From positions 310,001-374,000 of the forward strand of contig CM120641.1 in NCBI GenBank assembly GCA_051362555.1: a stretch of 64,000 nucleotides of DNA, written 5' to 3'. Below are positions 59,801 through 64,000 of the stretch, piece by piece. Position 1 is the stretch's first letter. The number at the start of each line of letters is the position of its first letter. A program made the position numbers and the translations under genes. This DNA comes from Lingula anatina. Its lineage: Eukaryota; Animalia; Brachiopoda. A model generated the notes under the pieces. The model was given only the letters and a program-made list of their open reading frames with translations, did not search any database and was not told the DNA's origin.

Positions 59801-62286
59801 GCTGCAAAGGGGTCAATAGAAATAGTAATAACATAGATAAAAGTAAGTATTTAGATGTACTTTTAAATAAACAAAGCGGTAGTGGCGTCAATAGGGGGAT
59901 ACGTTTATTTAACAATACTATGTATTCGTATCTTCAACACAGAGACGCCTTTAGTTATTTCTATTCTAAACGAAAAGTGCTAGAAGATGGAGTATCTACT
60001 GAACCCTTAGATATCTAGTGTCTTTTAAATAAAATATGTATACAAGGATCAGCGGTATTTATTTTTTCTTTTCAATGACCTAATGCGCTTTACATACAAG
60101 GTCAGACGCACGGGCACCAAACGCGTTCTTCTGTGGATGTATAAAACTTCTCAAAAAATATTTTCAAGAGGTTTCTAGCTCATGCAAGCCTTAGCGCATT
60201 CAGCTGTACATTCACAAACACGAGACGGGTGCGGGCGCACCAAATGCATTCTTCTGCGCATTTCTAGAAAAAAAGGGTTCCAAATTGCCCTTTCAATGAA
60301 TAAATAATCCAAATTTTTTTTCCGATAACTCCTGAAATTAAATATAGCTAAAAATAACCATACACTCCCCTCCTTTACGCTTCTTTGCTCGCTACACAAT
60401 TATTTAACAAAAAACCTTCTAGGTTTTATTGAATCGTCTTTAAAATTTGCTCGTCCCTCGTTTACACTAAAATGATTGTCATTAAAATTCGCTTGCAAAG
60501 CCCCCTTTCTGCTTCAGGGGTCACTAAGAAATTACATTGAAAGTACACTCCTCCTCAAAAGGTTCAAGGTTCACTAAAAAAATTACATTAAAAGTATATA
60601 CCTCCTCCGAAAATGCAGGTTGAAAACCTCGTCTCTTACTACTTCTGTGTCTTAAATAATGTGCAGTTACAGCTATATGACTGAATAAAGAAATCAAATA
60701 TGCCTCATTAGCGCAAGGTACCCAGGTATGGCAGATAAAAGTTATAAAATATTCTTGTTGCCGGATTCGCCGTTAAATCGGATTCAATGACATGATACTC
60801 TTTGCTTAATTAAAGGGATAACAACTCTTCGCATGGCATTCAAAATTCCACAACAATACATTGAAACACATACAAAATACAATGAATTCCATTTTACCAC
60901 CGAAATGGCAGTTAATGCAACTTTTCTCTGTGCTTGCCATCGGACCACGTGGACTTTGGCTACCCTCTGTAATAATCTCTTCATCATCATCATCATTCAC
61001 AGCCAAAAGTCTTCCACTGTTGGACAGAGGTCTCAGCATGCTTAAGAGATAATTGAAAAACGGACTTACTTTAAATGTCAGAACGGATTCACTAACCATT
61101 GGAAAGTATGGGAAAATCGTCTTATTACGTTTATGGCACTTTTCCCACCAAAATGAACAGTTGTTATCCCTTTAAATTTTTCATCTTTTACATCTACTCA
61201 AAACAATGTGTCCATTAGCTTTTTTGAAAATTTAAAAATACCTCAAAATGTCAAGCTGAATCAATGCTTTTTACTATAATTATCATAAAAATTGGCCATT
61301 TCCCTTTCAAAATGTAGGGGAGAGTCGTAAGGAATAGCATTTCAAGGCAAGTGCATCGAATTACGCTCGGATCGACATGTTCGTTCATGTCAGTCACGTG
61401 ATTAACGAAAATAGACGAAGTGCTCTAAAGAAAAGTGACCACAATGTCTGAAACTAAAGAAGCAACACTAAGGATATATGCACAGGAACTCTAAAACATC
61501 AGAGCATTTTTCCTGGCTATCAACGAAGGAAAGGTCACTTAAAACCCACCCCAACCCTTGCACGGAAAGAGTAAATTGTAACAAAAAAAAGGGATTTACC
61601 AACAACTTTTCCATCCAATTCTGCCACCAGGAAATTGTCTCCGGCAATGTCCACAAAGGTTTCTATGGTCTCCGGGATGTAGTTCCATGACTCGGCGTTG
61701 TAGATGTCTCTTAGACTTAATACATCTTTCTTCTGTGCATATCGAATTTTAACACGGGAAGATGCGTCTCCTGCACCTGACGAACAAGCTCTTAGTCTGC
61801 AAGTGCAACATGTATACATTCATGCATGTGAATGGGTCCCGCACAGATTTACCTCAGTTATTCAAATCATTGGTTACAATATTCATGAGAAATATCACTT
61901 AAAGAGAAAAAATGCCATCGAAACTAAAATCTTTTCGAGTCGATATAGTATACTTAATAAAGTTGATAGACAAATTACATCACAATAAAAGGTAGATACT
62001 GTAGACAGAAAACACCACAAAATATTGGTTTCGATCCAAGTCCATGTATTTAATATGTCTTATTTTATCCTACCGCCAAAAATATCCATCGAATTAAATA
62101 CGGGCCACAAAGATTGTCTTCATGTACACAGTAGAGAAAATCAAAGAATAAAACTGCCCACACTATTGAGGTTACTTACGCTATGAATTTCTCTCCCGTG
62201 ACGTAAGCGCCCCGATCAAAAAACACGCGGGGGTAACCCAAGGACGCAGATTTTGTGGCCCATTGTCGCAGCATGTTATACGCCAT
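44810..62286 (-). CDS. GNAT acyltransferase, YitH/HolE-like, copy 3; exons 62286-62180, 61796-61600, 45859-45773, 45447-44810; Polinton in intron 2
   Basis: Four exons of 107/197/87/638 nt remain open and in phase; the intron flanks match copies 1 and 2 on both sides of the Polinton. Confidence 0.8.
45886..46380 (+). repeat. Left terminal inverted repeat of the Polinton
   Basis: Reverse complement of 60159-60643. Confidence 0.95.
46386..47288. repeat. ~250-bp subterminal tandem repeat (3 units plus partials)
   Basis: GCGGTCTG...CCATGC...ATTGATTT anchor at 46393, 46648, 46899, 47148 and 47250. Confidence 0.9.
48409..49247. repeat. 68/58-bp alternating tandem repeat containing the palindrome GGAATATTCC
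   Basis: ATCTGGAATA anchors at 48881, 48949, 49007, 49075, 49133 and 49201, with earlier units near 48409 and 48629. Confidence 0.9.
48659..48837. mobile_element. 179-bp MITE nested in the Polinton
   Basis: TIR CAGGGGCGGAT/ATCCGCCCCTG; GAATT duplicated at 48654-48658 and 48838-48842; interrupts one repeat unit. Confidence 0.85.
49279..49505 (+). promoter_or_regulatory. TATA box and probable 71-nt leader intron before the ATPase
   Basis: TATAAATA at 49279; CAG|GTAAGT donor at 49416; TTTCACTCTTGTAG acceptor ending at 49486. Confidence 0.55.
49506..50153 (+). CDS. Polinton packaging ATPase (A32/FtsK-like)
   Basis: Walker A GPSGAGKT, Walker B LLILDD, RTISLN, and KPYSYLFIDF motifs; first ATG at 49506. 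Confidence 0.92.
   Translation: MDLSMKLPISLVINGPSGAGKTTFLQNFLRYSDLMTDHAFDNIIFAYAVWQEAYDQIEKEVPKHITFIEGIPSDEQLEEIYDAKKYSLLILDDLFSESFENPKIKHIFIRNSHHNNVSIILITHSLFPKEKHARTISLNMQYLVLMKSPRDQSQIRALSHQVSLQNSKKFIDIYKDATSKPYSYLFIDFRQTTPEEVRLRTNIFPGETHYVYLPV
50190..50510 (+). CDS. Small basic Polinton protein, function unknown
   Basis: Lys/Leu-rich ORF directly after the ATPase that overlaps the next ORF; resembles small conserved Polinton ORFs. Confidence 0.65.
   Translation: MKSESTNTFMPHLNFLSIADRRLTKSVIENSPNTLIRNLCNLASNLLRNTEYRLTAQERNKLSHLKSLVLKLVEKQRSLKIKKKILAKNPSLVKAIVQPVLRHVSV
50497..51171 (+). CDS. Conserved Polinton protein of unknown function
   Basis: 224-aa ORF with KKMVII, G.LIYDG..I..TNIIDLI and P.GW..FLKGL..INLP..LISN, a pattern recalled from Polinton ORFs; AATAAA at 51206. 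Confidence 0.75.
   Translation: MSAFKKMVIIDETELNALRRKSNADYSPLQDEVLRKQNELSSVMQREDLPFDKRIKLYNELQNEYMQVARKKQPISVTIENTPTSANDSTENAEPSKRFIDTQILESIPARMRNKANNMLRLIAKHPTLLSYDDRGSLIYDGETIQNTNIIDLISELYVSRKRKFTPAGWSIFLKGLKRINLPSTLISNTLRREEFLSLPSHTSKNKKKPQTGMGNKFTSFNIY
51229..51723 (-). pseudogene. Adenain-like cysteine protease with one in-frame stop
   Basis: GEHWV (His), FFDSYG (Asp), then KV*QDRLSVVCGYY (Gln, Cys); TAA at 51421-51423 with the frame continuing. Confidence 0.9.
51726..53033 (-). CDS. Polinton major capsid protein (double jelly-roll, PY/F54H12.2-like)
   Basis: ELDLF, IEF.I, PVNNTLHSLFS.VEVELNG, YAYRAYLE.LL, NPFNFKH and FDLSPD motifs; 435 aa. Confidence 0.9.
   Translation of the reverse strand: MESVVRTELDLFSNIRDAFQVQIEHSSVEELRPVNSVTDTSPVIEFLIVGNADEYIDPNNIVLYLETQVVKNDFSDIDIGQDTAPVNNTLHSLFSNVEVELNGTVITESNNTYAYRAYLENLLFHGSSAKKSWLTNEAWYTDTPGLFDLTDVSGDPANEGLKRRYSLFQRSRKCEMMGKIKCDFFQQPKLLLNNVDIRIKLRRSEHSFCLMSGTTSKDEKMLIKNNSLFARRVKVSSRLKAAHETMLMNNVACYPIMRREVKIINIPNNVRSAFLDNIYMSKIPRRIFMGMVTDASLSGQYDLNPFNFKHQNLRSLRLTVAGEQIPLKPYNLDFDTNEGLNYIRPFNDLVSTIEPEEADRDVSLSREAFNAGNTIFGFDLSPDQSHQPYSSPMRQGSLGVSLEFTKPINNSVLVVFAEFDSVIKIDNRRSVYMEP
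53039..53341 (-). CDS. Basic putative core/DNA-condensing protein
   Basis: YYQNQAGEG...F.G.QKGGG followed by a very Lys/Arg-rich tail; lies between the capsid genes. Confidence 0.7.
   Translation of the reverse strand: MDPVYTALLKYYQNQAGEGIINKFHGRQKGGGARHAVVLRIGEKPARHAKEKTRKRKLYVSSDVITKTMNGMSIKKDVKAKKARRVKKRTTKHISAKTNF
53344..54072 (-). CDS. Polinton minor capsid protein (penton, PX)
   Basis: F.ITLPSNSS...FP.N, YEVALTEI, LYVYTDII..QLVGD...LLRIV, YVP and TLHFR motifs. Confidence 0.88.
   Translation of the reverse strand: MASSFHITLPSNSSFNFFPGNRPEAFRTKLSSSLYLHGQYEVALTEILYCKTWNNVENSSLNYFDGQKPQTLRLSNGYYPHVNDLLTAIHNGMSAQGQINIRFAFNIITKKVTVHLKAGASVHFSGSIGNMLGFDNVNISAVTTATKPANTTDDFDSLYVYTDIIKPQLVGDTSANLLRIVPIKGEFGETITHSFDSPIYVPLISNELSTIKIHITDDTGKFVQFQGRKTVVTLHFRRKNLL
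54112..55218 (-). CDS. Polinton rve integrase with C-terminal chromodomain
   Basis: DDE triad in WQADL, QSDAGTEF and VERLNRTLK; chromodomain YRVEKIL...FVKWQGWP..FNSW; first ATG at 55218. Confidence 0.95.
   Translation of the reverse strand: MKRRQAGKSKGQTDDYLKKIYYDPSNPASFGSALKLYEATRRDKKKIGLKQIKEFLAKQDTYTLHANVRKRFRTNRVLVGRTDQQWQADLADLGKISKHNKGYKYLLTVIDIFSKFAWAVAIKTKTADSVLEAFKKILSEGRKPAILQSDAGTEFTNRKFQAYLKEQGISFFTTKSERKSSIVERLNRTLKSKFFKYFTANSTLTYIHALDQLLTGYNAAKHRSIGMSPTEASKEKNSDAVWNKLYGGKKLEKPKFKFNVGDTVRLSKHRSPFAKGYEQGWTQELFTITQRLNRSPPVYKVADYDGEEIEGVMYGPEMIRVVKKDDVYRVEKILKSRGKGKSKEHFVKWQGWPSKFNSWVPASRVKTV
55230..55715 (-). CDS. Single-BIR-domain (IAP-like) protein carried by the Polinton
   Basis: R..SF..WP, LA..GFY, D.V.CFNC...L..W...D, EH..HSP.C: BIR signature with CCHC zinc ligands. 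Confidence 0.88.
   Translation of the reverse strand: MDDSKVFTDCVPEDKPLFFRTPYCKEEDRILSFLNWPGKLLINPIPLAISGFYRDQDASNTDDAVLCFNCRVSLRDWDPLRDAVDVEHERHSPHCTMNTVEKRLANPLNVPLTPEKRRELVQLFVADERKPKYTPSTVKTLLNIGFDEVDKNPMQRTYRLF
55716..55884. promoter_or_regulatory. Divergent promoter between the BIR gene and pPolB
   Basis: CCAATCAAA at 55769 and 55797; TATATAAAA at 55827; Kozak-like GACCATGG. Confidence 0.6.
55885..60018 (+). CDS. Protein-primed family B DNA polymerase (pPolB)
   Basis: Exonuclease motifs FDIE, FNSGHYD and YNNKDV; polymerase motifs YDANALY, KLIGNSGYG and MDTDS; two N-terminal C2H2 fingers; 1377 aa with no stop. Confidence 0.97.
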   Translation: MAQYKCEVCGASFDRVDNLKRHRLTHTKEKHVACPECGKTFARRDNMNRHLRLHPGTSTSLSEEPEASSAVKRPRIQRGSGAADRVVMPDNLLPPDVDPSVAEAYGSHWNSIRTRSSRGNKLQDWYNIRLTTLQPDALRDDLERILEDQRTAFKINVSYGFFLRNNETGQLRYYHPSSNNHCFLEAPAVIRHRQDLDGFFHNITARDVLECARQERPNSKWVVDTVTNATFYVTKLKGHPIGCGIDLPSFVLKNKGLVALQKNNRGKTYRDNLCLFRCLALHKGSSVRGLETTTKKLFDKYRESKRKCKHKGFQGVALHRLHKVEDLFEVNIVVYELQQNEDGDVFAELVRRSTGKHKDTMSLNVHENHFSYISDVDKYCRSFCCSRCSKMFKSKWSLQRHERTCDVLVEHRFPGKAYAPQPTVFDLLEDEGIFVPEEDRYYRYRATFDIECLLPRTEEPQHSEKLSLEHEHRFLSVSVCSNVPGHTKPECIVSEDNPALAVQQFLEILQNISRAAEKLLTNKFAWIFEKLNEKIDQNIQKTIQESEVMEEDEETLTNKHYLSKLSRRFSQYLMELPVLGFNSGHYDLNAMKTLFFPLLLDTLKFVVKRNNNFMVLKSERLKILDICNYLAPGCSYSQFLKAFECAESKGFFPYEWMDSLDKLECASLPPREAFYSKLKQSNITEEDYALCQRVWHENQMQTMRDFLEWYNNKDVEPMLEAVDKMFAFYLERGIDMFKDGISVPGLTLKYLFQNVGDAFFTLFDDKHSDLYYLLKNAIVGGPSIIFHRYHERNKTFLRKATSEAPKLCKKIVGYDANALYLWCLMQPMPTGTFIRRREESEYTREYSHPRGREATLWLDWVARSSNILIRHQFNGTEKRVGYRQLPVDGFCRETQTVYQYHGCYFHGHRCHLNRNKDGTYKEINDTKKVTMESLRIETEINSEYIRECGYDLVEMWECEWKKLQRESEEVKHFVTQYTLPTEHKYRLTFGEILFAIRNDNLFGFECDVEVPPELRPKFSEMPPIFKNTTVSRDDIGPFMKRFAEENRIMSVPRRSLIGSFFGEKIVLATPLLKWYLNHGLCVTRIHQVVEYTPKACFEHFGNSVSDARREGDRDKTKAIVADTMKLIGNSGYGKTVTNKETHRDVQYCGEAKASQKVNSHRFRRLDKICENAYEVELNKKIIKFDLPLQIGVMVYQYAKLRMLEFYYDFMLKFMDPSDFQYCEMDTDSAYIAFSAESLEELVKPHMRAQYEAEKHLWFPRTDTPEHEAYDKRTPGLFKAEWVGDGIVGLCSKTYYCFGENTDPKFSCKGVNRNSNNIDKSKYLDVLLNKQSGSGVNRGIRLFNNTMYSYLQHRDAFSYFYSKRKVLEDGVSTEPLDI
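60159..60643 (-). repeat. Right terminal inverted repeat of the Polinton
   Basis: Reverse complement of 45886-46380. Confidence 0.95.
60814..61171. mobile_element. 358-bp non-autonomous element with TTAA TSD (Kolobok-like)
   Basis: TTAA|AGGGATAACAACT...AGTTGTTATCCCT|TTAA; the insertion is absent at the equivalent intron position of copies 1 and 2. Confidence 0.75.
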
Positions 62287-64000
62287 ATTTATAACTGGAA
62301 AGGAGAAACACACATGATGTGCATAGTAAATTATTTTATTGCTATCCAAGAGGTGATATATTCGAGTATTTTTATAAGATTAAGTCATGGCATTTACCTG
62401 TTAAAATTATCAAAAACGGTTAAACTCTTACTTTAAAAATGATGAACAATAAGAGATGAAAACGTTATTTCAAAGTTCACTGTGATAATTGTCACAAAGC
62501 CTTTGGTATAGGGCGTCAAAAAAGACCAATTTTTAAACAGTTTTTATAGATGAAATTTTATGTAAAAGATTCATTTTAAATATGAAATAAATCAAATTAA
62601 ATCAAAAATAGAAGATGGGCTATTCTGTTGGAATAGTCTATCAATTAAGCAAGAGCTTTTCTGATTTGTCCACAGAAGTGATTTATGTAATTAACGCGTG
62701 GGTAAGATCTTTCACTTAATTAGAACCTTGAAACTTCAACGTAAATAAATTGCGGTAGGCAGGGGAAGGCGACCATCTATCTCCAATTTTTCAAGCCAAG
62801 TTGGAGTTAAGATACCCCAACAAGGATTACTTTGACCGAAATACAGATTGCTGTGGCCGTTAACATATAGTATGATCAGTGATTTGGGGGGGGGGGGGTG
62901 TAAGGGGGTTCCTGATCCCCTCCCTTCGATTTCTGATTAAAAAACGCGCCAAAAAACATCTAGCTGAATAATAGTTCTAAACCGTTCCAAATGGCGCCAT
63001 TGTCCCTCCAAAACACCAATTTGTTGGGACCTTTGGGCGTGAACATGACGCCAAGGGGGTGAAGCTTGGCCTTGCAATCCGAAGTCTGTCAATCCCTAAA
63101 AACGGACTCCCCTTCCCTTCCCCCTTCAAAAAATCTGGATCCACCCCTGATGATTAAGAAAAGATACTCACGACGTGGCACCCTTTTATCTCTTCTTCAG
63201 AAAGTGCTGCAGGTTAACCGCACAGGCCGTCAGCTTGAGAACTCATTTCTCATTTTTTACGGCCGGATTGCACGGGGCACGGGGTCTCGCGGGGTTTCGG
63301 ATAGGAATGCACTTCACGAATTACCCCCCACATTGGACTGTCTCGTCTTACGTAAAACAATAAGTAAAATCGCTATTTTTTCGAAAGTATTATTTGCAGT
63401 TTGTATGGTTTAAACAGAAGAATTGATAAGGGAAAAATAAAGGAGAAAGGTCCAATTCCCCTCAGCAGAGAGTCCGCATTGCCCAGATATCTGTATATAG
63501 CTAACTACCATTACTTTTGATAAATGTTTTGGTGCTGGTCTGTAGTAAGGATTTATTTCATTCTACAAGAGAATTTACTAGTAACCGCTTCAAAATATCC
63601 TTAATATATTCAATTGTTTGTGCCGATTCCCAACTGCATTGCATGCTATTTCAGTAGGGGGGGGGGGGGGGGGGGGATTCGAAAAAACCATTTTTGCCGG
63701 GAAAAGGTCCTCTCTAAGTAAAATTCTATCTAGGAATATATATTTTTCAAAGTAAAATGTCCGTTGTAAAGTAGTGGTTTTGCCAACTCATCTCTTCTCC
63801 CATCATTACTTACTATGTTTGAATTTCGAGTGCTTCAATAAAGAGAATATCAGGATATATGATTTTGCAGTTTCGGAACTGTTTCAATATTGACATGTGG
63901 CAAATTTGGATAGCATATCCCACTGTAAGTCTTATAACAGGTTAGCAGATGCATATGAGTTTATTTTACTTTCAATAACATCTTAAATATCCAAAAGATA

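Larger units (their letters stand above)
45886..60643. mobile_element. Polinton/Maverick (endogenous polintovirus), full length, 14,758 bp
   Basis: AGTAGT...ACTACT termini; TIRs 45886-46380 and 60159-60643; 6-bp TSD TCTGTG at 45880-45885 and 60644-60649; pPolB, integrase, ATPase, protease and two capsid genes. Confidence 0.97.

Noticed and set aside
61535-61819. A fourth separate GNAT gene
   Set aside because: It is exon 2 of copy 3, displaced by the Polinton insertion.

Overview
AT-rich, CpG-poor, intron-containing metazoan DNA (an invertebrate by inference). Host genes: a multi-exon aftiphilin orthologue (+, CDS 3892-13508), a tail-to-tail SERTA-domain gene (-, 20607-21518), and three tandem four-exon YitH/HolE-like GNAT acyltransferase paralogues (-). 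Mobile DNA: a decayed Gypsy LTR retrotransposon (30653-35033), several MITEs and tandem repeats. The centrepiece is a complete 14,758-bp Polinton/Maverick endogenous DNA virus (45886-60643; ~490-bp TIRs, TCTGTG target duplication) inside an intron of the third GNAT copy. It encodes pPolB (with N-terminal C2H2 fingers), a chromodomain integrase, ATPase, major and minor capsid proteins, a basic core protein and an adenain protease inactivated by one nonsense codon. It also carries a BIR (inhibitor-of-apoptosis) gene. Family calls come from motif recognition only; no searches were run.
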